Source of the DNA: a virus
Length of the DNA: 64,000 bases
Direction: 5' to 3' (one strand)
Virus record (IMG/VR): IMGVR_UViG_3300042691_025170
Coordinates: 36,579-100,578 of that record
The notes under the pieces are model-generated. The model was not told where the DNA came from, did no database searches, and worked only from the letters and a program-made list of their open reading frames with translations. Shown here piece by piece: positions 40,541-49,088 of the stretch (the first letter of the stretch is position 1; each line of letters starts with the position of its first letter). Made by a program: the position numbers and the translations under genes.

Positions 40541-41168
40541 ACTAATAGGACATTATGGGTCTGATGTTACTCACGCACAATCTGCATGGACATCTACAAG
40601 TAGAGACCTCAGTCAAGAAAAAATTGACCGAATACCCAAACTATTGAAGATGTTGGCGGATGAAGGACATGAAACTCCATTTGAAAAGAGTTCATTCCAT
40701 TTCTTGGTTACGGTAGACCAAGCAACTCATATCCACTTATTGAAACACAGAATTGGTGTAAGTATAAATGGAGAGTCTGCTAGATATAAAGAATTGAAAG
40801 AAGACAAGACTTACATACCTGAAGATTGGAAAGATGTTCAATTTAGTCAGAGTTTTTCTGATTGGGCACAAATATTGAAAGCACATTCCGAAACAGCAGA
40901 TAGATTGTATCATCGTGCACTAACAGATTTGACTCCTATCTTAGGAAAAAAGAGAGCAAAAGAAAGTGCCAGATACTTTAAGACATTCAATTCTCAAATC
41001 ACAATGGATGTCATGTTTAATTGGAGGTCTTTTGTACATTTCCATCGGCTTAGAGCAACCGAACACGCACAGAAAGAGGTTAGAGAGTTGGCAATGGAAA
41101 TGATGGATAAGATTAAAAACATAGAAGGCAATCCGTTTAAACATACTATAGAAGCATTTAATCTATAA
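40524..41168 (+). CDS. thyX: FAD-dependent thymidylate synthase
   Basis: GHETPFE, KHRIGVSINGESARY, ESARY, NWRSFVHF..LR...AQKEVRELA. Confidence 0.93.
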   Translation: MKNKVELIGHYGSDVTHAQSAWTSTSRDLSQEKIDRIPKLLKMLADEGHETPFEKSSFHFLVTVDQATHIHLLKHRIGVSINGESARYKELKEDKTYIPEDWKDVQFSQSFSDWAQILKAHSETADRLYHRALTDLTPILGKKRAKESARYFKTFNSQITMDVMFNWRSFVHFHRLRATEHAQKEVRELAMEMMDKIKNIEGNPFKHTIEAFNL

Positions 41169-41179
41169 AAACAATATTT

Positions 41180-41368
41180 ATGGGAAAGATTGAAAGAAAA
41201 TCTGCAGACAAATGGGAATTAGTAAGTGAGGATAACGCTTGTAAGCAGATTTGGAAGTACGACAAAACAAAAAACAAAAATGGTCCAGTATCCGTAGAAA
41301 CCATTTGGAAAACATGGATATTAGACGAATGGGAAAACAAAAGAAAATATGACAAAGATGACAAGTAG
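41180..41368 (+). CDS. Hypothetical protein
   Basis: WKYD...NGPVSVE small phage protein pattern. Confidence 0.5.
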   Translation: MGKIERKSADKWELVSEDNACKQIWKYDKTKNKNGPVSVETIWKTWILDEWENKRKYDKDDK

Positions 41369-41960
41369 ATTATTCACCACATTATTGGTTTTAATTGGAC
41401 TAACTGCATTTGGACAATTACGAGATTCCATTTATGTAAAGACGGAAATATTTGAAGTAGTTTATTCCGAAGTCTTGGAGCAACCAAAATGGTTGAAATA
41501 CAATTCTACCAATCGTCCTAAAAATGTAGATAGGACAGGGTTGGACTTTTACAAAGTACCCTACATATACACTTCTGATAATGCTGACTACGCTAAAAAT
41601 ACCTTTGATAAAGGACATCTAGCACCCGCGGCATCTTTCGCAGATTCTGAAGAAAACATGAAAGCAACATTCTCATATTTGAATTGTGCACTACAACATC
41701 AAGACTTGAATCGTGGTGAGTGGAGACTACTAGAGGAACAAGAAAGAGCATGGGACTCATCTGAAAACTTAGAAATATTAGTTAAAGTAGTGTTCGGAAA
41801 AGAGTCATATCAGTTACCATCCGGAGCAACAGTTCCTACAAGATTTGAAAAGCATATTTACTTTACCAAGAAAAAAACATGGGCTTGTTATGATTTCCCA
41901 AATGAAAAACCATTAAACAAATGGCCACAATATTTATTCGTATGTCAGATTCACCGATAG
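41349..41960 (+). CDS. Secreted DNA/RNA non-specific endonuclease (NucA-like)
   Basis: Signal peptide; DKGHLAPAA, TFSYLNCALQH..LNRGEWRLLE. Confidence 0.9.
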   Translation: MTKMTSRLFTTLLVLIGLTAFGQLRDSIYVKTEIFEVVYSEVLEQPKWLKYNSTNRPKNVDRTGLDFYKVPYIYTSDNADYAKNTFDKGHLAPAASFADSEENMKATFSYLNCALQHQDLNRGEWRLLEEQERAWDSSENLEILVKVVFGKESYQLPSGATVPTRFEKHIYFTKKKTWACYDFPNEKPLNKWPQYLFVCQIHR

Positions 41961-42013
41961 GGGTGGGGGTTGGGGGCAAGGTCGTCTCCGTCACCAAAAT
42001 TTTTTGATAGTCT

Positions 42014-42706
42014 ATGTTAAATATAAATATACCAGTTACAGAAGCCTTCATCCGTGGTGAGTTCCTACGAGGTCACACCGATTCGTTTGATAAGCGTTTT
42101 CCGTGTTACATATTCGGAATGGCATCCATACCGGGCCAAGCACCACTATTTCATTTCATAATGGAAGACGGCGGACTTTGGTGGCGTATGCCGATTCATG
42201 CGTTTTGCCATCGTGAGGATGCGCCGGTTCAAGAGTTAGACGAATTGGTACTTTGGGACTCGTTTAGTTATCATCCCACCGCCACTTGTTTTTCTATATT
42301 AAAGAACAAACGGTGTGAGTTTGTGTCTCGCCGGCGAGTGACTTATTCGGGCCGTTATCTATTCACTTTGGATTGGTCGGCATCGGATGATGGTTCACAT
42401 ACCGACTACGGCCTAAGTGAGTTTCCCTCACAACACAAATGTGGTCATGTGATAGCAATGGATAACGGTAATTTTGCCATCCAACCGAATAATCGTCTAC
42501 GCATTCACGACCCGTCATTCACTGTAAAGGAAGACCTCGTGATACACCGAAAATACAACACGACACTTTGGACGGCCGAGCGTAATTCTCGCTGGGTTAC
42601 ACCCGATACTGATGTTATGAATTACGACCATACCGATTTGGGTAATGGTGAGAGTAATGCGGCACGTTCGGCAGAATATAATAAGAAAGATGCGGCTGGT
42701 ATTTGA
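42014..42706 (+). CDS. Hypothetical phage protein
   Basis: 230 aa; WRMPIHAF, YLFTLDW, HKCGH, GNFAIQPNNR. Confidence 0.65.
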   Translation: MLNINIPVTEAFIRGEFLRGHTDSFDKRFPCYIFGMASIPGQAPLFHFIMEDGGLWWRMPIHAFCHREDAPVQELDELVLWDSFSYHPTATCFSILKNKRCEFVSRRRVTYSGRYLFTLDWSASDDGSHTDYGLSEFPSQHKCGHVIAMDNGNFAIQPNNRLRIHDPSFTVKEDLVIHRKYNTTLWTAERNSRWVTPDTDVMNYDHTDLGNGESNAARSAEYNKKDAAGI

Positions 42707-43253
42707 CCACAAACATGGTAGATACGATAACGAAAACAATCTACCTCTAATTTATGTAGAGTGTGTGCGTGAGAACGAGACGACACGAGAATTATTTGAA
42801 ACGGGGTGGTTGCCATGGGGTGACCGATGGTATCAAACTCGTTCCGCAAGATTACGTTCGGGCCGTATTTCAAGTCGGCGTAAAAAGGAATTGTCCGCTA
42901 TTACCATCAAAGAAGGACTTAGCGATACGGAAAATGCCGAATGGGTAAAGAGGTTTGGATTGACGACCGGTTGGGCCGCATATGAAAAATACGGAGTACC
43001 CTATACATTTAGTTTTGATGACCGATTTTGGGGTCTTGCTAAAATCTATGACGACCAATTTTTATACTGCCTTATGTCAACTGACCAATATCCCGAATCA
43101 TATGGCACACTCTCTTATTACTATTTAATGAATAAGTTTGGTGGGGATTTTGAGTATTTATATATAACTGATTATTATGATGAATTTAAGTACAAATCTC
43201 AGCTTTTTGGCTTTGAATATTGGACAGGATTTGAGTGGGTTAAGAAACAATAG
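42690..43253 (+). CDS. Putative aminoacyl-tRNA-protein transferase (ATE1/Bpt-like)
   Basis: LFETGW..W..RSARL N-part; C-part SYGTLSY...YLYITDYY...YKSQLFGFEYW..FEW resembles the ATE_C signature SxGTxS...YxYxGY...YK..F...E...W. Confidence 0.55.
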   Translation: MRLVFDHKHGRYDNENNLPLIYVECVRENETTRELFETGWLPWGDRWYQTRSARLRSGRISSRRKKELSAITIKEGLSDTENAEWVKRFGLTTGWAAYEKYGVPYTFSFDDRFWGLAKIYDDQFLYCLMSTDQYPESYGTLSYYYLMNKFGGDFEYLYITDYYDEFKYKSQLFGFEYWTGFEWVKKQ

Positions 43254-43261
43254 TTTACTAT

Positions 43262-43975
43262 ATGAAAATAAAGTTACCAGAAGGAGTAGGAATTTGTATA
43301 CAAGGCCCAACCGACTTTACCGATATTTGTTACTTTTGGAATGGGTTTGATTGTCCGGTGGTTTGGTCTACTTGGGAAACCGAACCTGCTAAGAACATTC
43401 TTAAAATTGAAAGGTCAGGTATAGAAGTGATATTATCACCGAAACCGAATTACAGCGGATACCTTAATTTCAATATGCAGTCGACTTCTACTCGGGTCGG
43501 ATTGACTCGTCTGAAAGAATTGGGAGTCAATCATGCTGTAAAAGTCAGAAGCGATATGATATTTTCGGGAATAGAAACCGTTTGGCAAGAGATAGTCGGT
43601 TGTGATATATCTTTTATGCATTCTTACAATCCTAAGTATTGCCCTGAATTGGCTTATTGCTTGGATGGAATATATCATGTTGGGTTGGACTTTACATTAG
43701 ACCATATCGTGTTTGGAAATATAGATACTATGTTATACGTGTTTGGTGGACATGAACATTGGAATAGACCAATACCACCGGAGTCTATTATATTGAAACG
43801 ATGGTTAGACTATCGCAATTTGGTTCATGATTTTCGTCCTGAGTATCTGAAGCAAAACGGATTGGTTTACTTTGGCCCTATCGCTATGAAACACTCTAAA
43901 CAAGTATTGTGGTTGAAAAACAATTGGGACTTTACAGGTATTATGCACAACGAACCAAATCAAAGAATTTATTAA
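43262..43975 (+). CDS. WavE-like lipopolysaccharide synthesis protein
   Basis: IQGP, VWSTWE, NFNMQSTST..GL, AVKVRSD, DHIVFGN. Confidence 0.65.
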   Translation: MKIKLPEGVGICIQGPTDFTDICYFWNGFDCPVVWSTWETEPAKNILKIERSGIEVILSPKPNYSGYLNFNMQSTSTRVGLTRLKELGVNHAVKVRSDMIFSGIETVWQEIVGCDISFMHSYNPKYCPELAYCLDGIYHVGLDFTLDHIVFGNIDTMLYVFGGHEHWNRPIPPESIILKRWLDYRNLVHDFRPEYLKQNGLVYFGPIAMKHSKQVLWLKNNWDFTGIMHNEPNQRIY

Positions 43976-44014
43976 AATGAAATATGTATTGTTGTTACAC
44001 TAAAACTAATTATT

Positions 44015-44254
44015 ATGAATAAGTTAGCAGAAATATTCAAAGCTTGGAACATTGCGTTTAATCCAAACGAACCACAATCGGAATTGGCAGGTAAAAGATT
44101 GACTATATGTAATTCATGCGAGTTTCGTGCCGATACACCATTTAAAAGATGTACAGTCTGTGGATGTGCTCTTAAAGCTAAAGTGTTCAGTCCTGTTAAG
44201 AATGCTTGTCCAAAAGGTTTTTGGGCAGAAACAGATCGTGAACTGCCGGATTGA
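44015..44254 (+). CDS. Small Cys-rich protein (DUF6171-like)
   Basis: RLTICNSC..RCTVCGC.LKAK..CPKGFW. Confidence 0.65.
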   Translation: MNKLAEIFKAWNIAFNPNEPQSELAGKRLTICNSCEFRADTPFKRCTVCGCALKAKVFSPVKNACPKGFWAETDRELPD

Positions 44255-44268
44255 TATATTTATAAGGG

Positions 44269-44601
44269 ATGAAAACACTTTTAACGATTTTACTTTTATT
44301 ATTCGGTGTACCACAAGAAAGAGTGGTGTATAAGATTGAATATTATGACCCACTAAATGGCGCACAGATAGGATTGGTTCTTAACAAGATGATTGGACAA
44401 TTTAGTCCAAATTGTAGACCAAATTCTTTAACCGTGGGTTCATCAGGTACTATTCTTTATTTCAGTAGTCCGTGTATAAGTGGTGAGGAATTAAAGAATG
44501 TCTCATTAAGAACTATACCCGATGCCCGTGTAAGAAGGATTTATCGTAATGGTGGAATCATATGGCCTACACCACCCCTTAGTGATAAGAAAACAAAATG
44601 A
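44269..44601 (+). CDS. Hypothetical exported protein
   Basis: Signal-like N-terminus. Confidence 0.5.
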   Translation: MKTLLTILLLLFGVPQERVVYKIEYYDPLNGAQIGLVLNKMIGQFSPNCRPNSLTVGSSGTILYFSSPCISGEELKNVSLRTIPDARVRRIYRNGGIIWPTPPLSDKKTK

Positions 44602-45074
44602 TACGACTCAAGGATATATTGAAAGAATCCGAAACACAACGTAACATTGCTATGGTTACAGGTGTTGCCGAAATACTTCGTGGGGTGATTGACCTTGCTA
44701 ATCGTAGGGATTTGGCATATGAAATGTTGGATAAATTTAAGAGTGAAGGTATTTCAGTCAATGAACAGCAATTTCTTTCCATGTGTGGATTGACTTCTGC
44801 TAAAATTCCTTCGTTTACAATGGCAGTTCAAAACGAAGCTGATAGTCCTACCGAACGTACACGTAGATACAATCGTAAGAATAAGAAGAAGGTTCGTGCA
44901 TATCTTCGTAAAACACAAGACGACCGTGTTGCACGCAATGGTGACCGTGCCAAAGCAGTTAAAAAACATGGTAAATCAAAAATGCGTAACCATGATGTAC
45001 ATCATCCCAACGGCCCGCAAAATGGTGGAGCACGTTTGGCTAAAAAAGACCACGGACCAGATAAGAAAAAGTAA
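44598..45074 (+). CDS. Protein with MIRLKDILKE leader and C-terminal HNH-like remnant
   Basis: DRVARN..R...HDVHH.NG. Confidence 0.55.
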   Translation: MIRLKDILKESETQRNIAMVTGVAEILRGVIDLANRRDLAYEMLDKFKSEGISVNEQQFLSMCGLTSAKIPSFTMAVQNEADSPTERTRRYNRKNKKKVRAYLRKTQDDRVARNGDRAKAVKKHGKSKMRNHDVHHPNGPQNGGARLAKKDHGPDKKK

Positions 45075-45364
45075 TGAATAAATTGTTTACGATTGTTACT
45101 CTAATTCCATGCATATCACTTGCTCAACCCGACTGGCGTGAACAGCCCGTTTTCTTTGGAGTTGGAGTGGGTGTTGGAATAGGTATGGGTGACAGAGTTA
45201 GACCCGAAAGATTAGCATTTGGTTTAGGCATTGGAAAGATGGCACATGATAATCTCAGAGGTTATCCCATGGATCCGTTTACAATATCATTTGGGGCATT
45301 TGTAGCAGGTAGAGTTGGTAAAGAAATCCGTGAAAGAAGAAGATTAAAAAGAGGATTAAAGTAG
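45074..45364 (+). CDS. Hypothetical Gly-rich exported/membrane protein
   Basis: GVGVGVGIGMG. Confidence 0.5.
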   Translation: MNKLFTIVTLIPCISLAQPDWREQPVFFGVGVGVGIGMGDRVRPERLAFGLGIGKMAHDNLRGYPMDPFTISFGAFVAGRVGKEIRERRRLKRGLK

Positions 45365-45365
45365 T

Positions 45366-45662
45366 ATGTTTTCAGAAGGTGGATGGTTCATGATTTTTGG
45401 AATATTATTGGGACTCTCAATAATGATTTCTTCTTTGTATTTCGTAAATAAACTTTTCATAGTAGCTACTCAAGACATTCTTGTCAAATTCATTTTGCTT
45501 GTTTTCACATCTCTAGTTGCACTATACATAGTTGATAAATTGATAGCCTTTCGTATAAATCTTTTACCAGAAGAACAGAACAAAGAGTTATTTGATTTGA
45601 TTAAAACGCTGGTACTTATGATATTTTCTTATTATTTTGGAACTAAATCTAACAAATCATGA
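45366..45662 (+). CDS. Three-TM membrane protein (holin-like)
   Basis: Hydrophobic helices, ends YYFGTKS. Confidence 0.55.
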   Translation: MFSEGGWFMIFGILLGLSIMISSLYFVNKLFIVATQDILVKFILLVFTSLVALYIVDKLIAFRINLLPEEQNKELFDLIKTLVLMIFSYYFGTKSNKS

Positions 45663-46225
45663 TACTAAAAAATTTAAACAAAATAATCGCGGTTTTAACA
45701 ATCATATTAGTAATCGTATTGATATGGAAAGCTCTACAACCGGAGGAACATTACAGCAAGGTAGAACTAGTTAATACAAACTTTATAGTGAATGATAGTC
45801 AGTTACCATTCATAGATACCACACTTGCTGTCGGACTTAATTTAGCAGGAGTAAATTTCACATCGGTGGTAGTGAAAGACCTAACCGGTGAGATACAATC
45901 CAAATTTAGACAAGACAATGTTGGAGTTGAATTATACGCGGCAATAATTGGAAATCGTTCACAATTTATACTTTACATAAGAGATGTATCTCGCAGAGAG
46001 TCTATAAAAATAATAGCACATGAAATCATACATCTTCTTCAATATAAGTCTGGTAGATTATCTGTGATGCCACCCGATAAAATATTTTGGCAAGGTGACA
46101 CTTTAACAAATGATGACTTATATAATATGACTTATGTAGATCGTCCATGGGAACGTGAAGCGTTTGATGGTGAAGATGGATTGGCTGATAAAATGGAAGA
46201 AATCCTTTACGGAAAAAATATGTAA
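45659..46225 (+). CDS. Membrane-anchored HExxH metallopeptidase-like protein
   Basis: IAHEIIHLLQY, RPWEREA. Confidence 0.75.
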   Translation: MILKNLNKIIAVLTIILVIVLIWKALQPEEHYSKVELVNTNFIVNDSQLPFIDTTLAVGLNLAGVNFTSVVVKDLTGEIQSKFRQDNVGVELYAAIIGNRSQFILYIRDVSRRESIKIIAHEIIHLLQYKSGRLSVMPPDKIFWQGDTLTNDDLYNMTYVDRPWEREAFDGEDGLADKMEEILYGKNM

Positions 46226-46282
46226 AGATATTTATACCTGTCAATTGGGGTTACATATTAGTTATTTTCACTTTAAACTAAT

Positions 46283-46549
46283 ATGAATATGAAAAACTTT
46301 TTTAAACAACTTTTTAGCGATGACAATCAAATCAACGAAAAATCATTCGTTGGATTTTTAGCTTTCTTATGCATGGTGACTACACTAATAGCTGATGTGG
46401 CAACCGGTATAATGGGTAAAAATATGCCGATACATGAATTTGTATTTGATGGATTCATGGTAATTGTATTGGGTTCATTTGGAATCGGTTCAATTGATAA
46501 ATTTATAAACGCAAGAAAAGATAAACAAGCAGAAGGAGAAACAGAGTAA
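46283..46549 (+). CDS. Holin-like membrane protein
   Basis: Two TM helices, upstream of endolysins. Confidence 0.55.
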   Translation: MNMKNFFKQLFSDDNQINEKSFVGFLAFLCMVTTLIADVATGIMGKNMPIHEFVFDGFMVIVLGSFGIGSIDKFINARKDKQAEGETE

Positions 46550-46833
46550 TGAAAGATTTCTTAGAAGGCGTCGGTATTAATATAGCCCTTTCCGTTGCCG
46601 GGTTCTTTGGTAGTCTTCTTATGATTGGTAAGAATGCAGCTACAGATTTAAGAACCACATTTATGTCAATTATTGGTGGAGTCGCTTCGGCTAACTATAT
46701 GACGCCTGCTATAGTTGATATGCTCAGATTATCAGATTCTGAATATATATTATCAATAGCATTCCTCATAGGATTTATGGGGTTAAAGCTTGTAGAAGTT
46801 ATAAGTAAAAAATTGTTTAAAAATGTACAATGA
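46549..46833 (+). CDS. Holin-like membrane protein
   Basis: Three TM helices, AGFFGSL..ANYMTP..AFLIGFMG. Confidence 0.6.
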   Translation: MKDFLEGVGINIALSVAGFFGSLLMIGKNAATDLRTTFMSIIGGVASANYMTPAIVDMLRLSDSEYILSIAFLIGFMGLKLVEVISKKLFKNVQ

Positions 46834-47120
46834 TGATTACTATTAATCTTATCGCAAATGTAATGGTTATGATTTCCGTTACATTCTTTATTATTGGCGT
46901 ATTTGGCAGACGTAGCCAGACAATAGAAAAAATGCCACTATCTGAACAATACTTTTTAAGAATTTCCTTGTCTGTTTTAGCAGCTGGTTCATTATTAAAT
47001 ATATTAACTGTTTCAACACCGCATGCAACTGAAGTTATTTTAAATGTAGGCGTTGGATTGTTATTTACATGGGCAGCATGGTTTCATTGGAAATATTTTG
47101 TCAAAAAATCAAACAAATAG
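46830..47120 (+). CDS. Membrane protein in lysis cassette
   Basis: Three TM helices. Confidence 0.55.
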   Translation: MMITINLIANVMVMISVTFFIIGVFGRRSQTIEKMPLSEQYFLRISLSVLAAGSLLNILTVSTPHATEVILNVGVGLLFTWAAWFHWKYFVKKSNK

Positions 47121-47123
47121 ATT

Positions 47124-47717
47124 ATGAATTTAGAAAAATTAAAAGGACACATTCCAGATTCGGTAATAGCACAAATTCCGTCTGTTGCTGAAAAATTCAA
47201 AATTGATACACCTTTAAAACTTGCACATTTTCTTGCACAATGTGGACACGAATCTGGTGGCTTTAAAGTTGTAAATGAAAACCTAAATTATTCTGCAAAA
47301 GGTCTTATGGGAATATTCAAAAAGTATTTTCCAACTGAAGAATTGGCAAAGCAATACGAAAGAAAGCCAGAGAAAATTGCAAATAAAGTATATGCCAATC
47401 GTATGAATAATGGTGATGAAGCGAGTGGTGATGGTTGGAAATTCAGAGGCCGGGGATATATACAATTGACAGGTAAAGCAAATTATACTGCGTTTGGTCA
47501 ATCTATAAATGAAGATATTACAGCAAATCCTGATAAGGTATCTACGGCATATCCATTATTATCTGCAGCATGGTTTTTCTCTAAGAATTGTTTAGCAAAA
47601 TGTACATCTCCAACGGTTGAAGCAGTAACAGCAGTAACAAAATGTGTTAATGGTGGTACTATTGGTTTAGAAGACCGTAAGAAACATTTTGAAGAGTATT
47701 TTAAACTTTTATCTTAA
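47124..47717 (+). CDS. Endolysin, glycoside hydrolase family 19
   Basis: AHFLAQCGHESGGF, ENLNYS, FRGRGYIQLTGKANY, SAAWFF, VNGG..GLEDR. Confidence 0.93.
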   Translation: MNLEKLKGHIPDSVIAQIPSVAEKFKIDTPLKLAHFLAQCGHESGGFKVVNENLNYSAKGLMGIFKKYFPTEELAKQYERKPEKIANKVYANRMNNGDEASGDGWKFRGRGYIQLTGKANYTAFGQSINEDITANPDKVSTAYPLLSAAWFFSKNCLAKCTSPTVEAVTAVTKCVNGGTIGLEDRKKHFEEYFKLLS

Positions 47718-47725
47718 CAAAAGTT

Positions 47726-48496
47726 ATGCTTATCCGAAAGGGCGATGTTGGAGATAATGTAAAAGCATTACAACTCAAACTAGGATTAGTTACAGATGGT
47801 ATATTCGGAGAATCATTAGAAGCATCTGTTAAAACATTCCAAACTAAAAATGGATTAGTTGCAGATGGCATAGTTGGAAACAAAACTTGGAATGCCATAT
47901 TAACTCTTGGAATATTACAATCAAATTATAAATACTCAAAGGAAAAAATTGAAAAAGCAGTAAAATCAAAGGGTTATACATGGTTTGAAGATAAACTTAA
48001 TATAGTTGGAGTAAGAAATTCTGATACAAACAATCAAGTTACAAATGCATTTGACGATAAAATTACTGTATCTAAAAATGATAATGGGATTTGGAAATAT
48101 TATGAATGGACTATTACAACAGATCCAGGTAAAAAAGGAGTTATTCAATTCGGTAACCCAGCAGGAGTGGCTAGAATGGTTCCGGGTCAATATACAGAGT
48201 CCCATGCTTTAGGACTTCACAAAGGACAATATCAGGCATTGAGACAGCAGAAACCAGTAAAAGTTTATAGGGACGCAAATAGAGATTTAACTTATGATGA
48301 AACAACTATTCAAGAAGGATTATTTGGAATCAATATTCATAAAGCTGGTGTGGATAGCACTCTTGTGGAGAACTGGTCAGAGGGATGCCAAGTCTTTAAA
48401 ACGGCAGCACACTTTGAAGCGTTTATGGAACTTTGTCGCAACTCCGGTCAAAGGGCTTTTACCTACACATTGGTAGAAAGCAGAGATATTGTTTAA
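47726..48496 (+). CDS. Peptidoglycan-binding protein with putative L,D-transpeptidase-like catalytic domain (second lysin)
   Basis: PG_binding_1 pattern (VKALQ..L..DGIFG..VKTFQ..GL.ADGIVG.KTW); GINIH...WSEGCQV. Confidence 0.75.
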   Translation: MLIRKGDVGDNVKALQLKLGLVTDGIFGESLEASVKTFQTKNGLVADGIVGNKTWNAILTLGILQSNYKYSKEKIEKAVKSKGYTWFEDKLNIVGVRNSDTNNQVTNAFDDKITVSKNDNGIWKYYEWTITTDPGKKGVIQFGNPAGVARMVPGQYTESHALGLHKGQYQALRQQKPVKVYRDANRDLTYDETTIQEGLFGINIHKAGVDSTLVENWSEGCQVFKTAAHFEAFMELCRNSGQRAFTYTLVESRDIV

Positions 48497-48550
48497 TAGC
48501 CAAAAATAAAGTTACAAATATCAAATTTTTTTAGTATATTTGGGAACATT

Positions 48551-48624
48551 GGGGGTATAGCTCAGCTGGCTAGAGCATCTGCTTTGCAAGCAGAGGGTCA
48601 TCGGTTCGAATCCGTTTACCTCCA
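48551..48624 (+). tRNA. tRNA-Ala(UGC)
   Basis: GGGGGTA/TACCTCC acceptor with G3:U70, loop TTTGCAA, GGTTCGAATCC; CCA not encoded. Confidence 0.95.
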
Positions 48625-48628
48625 CAAT

Positions 48629-48702
48629 GGTCTCATAGCTCAATTGGATAGAGCAATTGCCTTCTAAGCAATAGGTTTCGTGTTCGAGTCACGATGGGAC
48701 TA
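48629..48702 (+). tRNA. tRNA-Arg(UCU)
   Basis: GGTCTCA/TGGGACT acceptor, ATTGC-CTTCTAA-GCAAT anticodon arm, GTTCGAGTC. Confidence 0.93.
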
Positions 48703-48707
48703 CTGAT

Positions 48708-48739
48708 TTTGTAATATCAAAAAAAAAGTCGTATATTTG
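48708..48739 (+). promoter_or_regulatory. Bacteroidota-type promoter
   Basis: TTTG-N20-TATATTTG upstream of tRNA-Ile(UAU). Confidence 0.75.
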
Positions 48740-48748
48740 TAATATCAT

Positions 48749-48822
48749 AGTCCGGTGGCGCAATTGGTTGGCGCAGGATGCTTATACCATCAAGGATGTT
48801 GGTTCAAGTCCAACCCGGACTA
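48749..48822 (+). tRNA. tRNA-Ile(UAU)
   Basis: AGTCCGG/CCGGACT acceptor, GCGC D-stem, GATG-CTTATAC-CATC anticodon arm, GTTGG-TTCAAGT-CCAAC T-arm. Confidence 0.85.
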
Positions 48823-48825
48823 CAA

Positions 48826-48992
48826 TGAGAGGCAGACGAAAGCTCAGGCGTAAGTAAGGGATGCATACTCTTACGGCGGCAAGTAGACACACGAAGAGCG
48901 TAATTAACTCTTCCCTCATTTTGCTAACCGGGCAATAGTACGATGCAGGCTCATCCCGGCGGGATACAAGGTGACGGTCAGGAAAGACTGAC
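48826..48992 (+). ncRNA. Candidate structured RNA(s) of unknown family
   Basis: GC-richer non-coding spacer with stems GTAAGGG/CTCTTAC, GAAGAG/CTCTTC, TGAG/CTCA, CCGGG/CCCGG, GTCAG/CTGAC. Confidence 0.5.
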
Positions 48993-48997
48993 AACAT

Positions 48998-49075
48998 AGT
49001 CAGGAGCGTAATGAGGCGTGGCTAGCCAAATCCCTAAAGGGTTGCACATTGCAGGTTCAAATCCTGTCCTGACTA
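48998..49075 (+). ncRNA. tRNA-like element with non-canonical anticodon arm
   Basis: Perfect AGTCAGG/CCTGACT acceptor plus A, T-arm GCAGG-TTCAAAT-CCTGT; no canonical 5 bp/7 nt anticodon arm. Confidence 0.7.
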
Positions 49076-49088
49076 CAAAATAAAAACT

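Noticed and set aside
49030-49045. Amber suppressor tRNA (CTA) indicating genetic-code reassignment
   Set aside because: CTA is not centred in a canonical anticodon loop, and genes read through intact in the standard code with TAG used as a stop (e.g. 41960, 43253, tmRNA tag)
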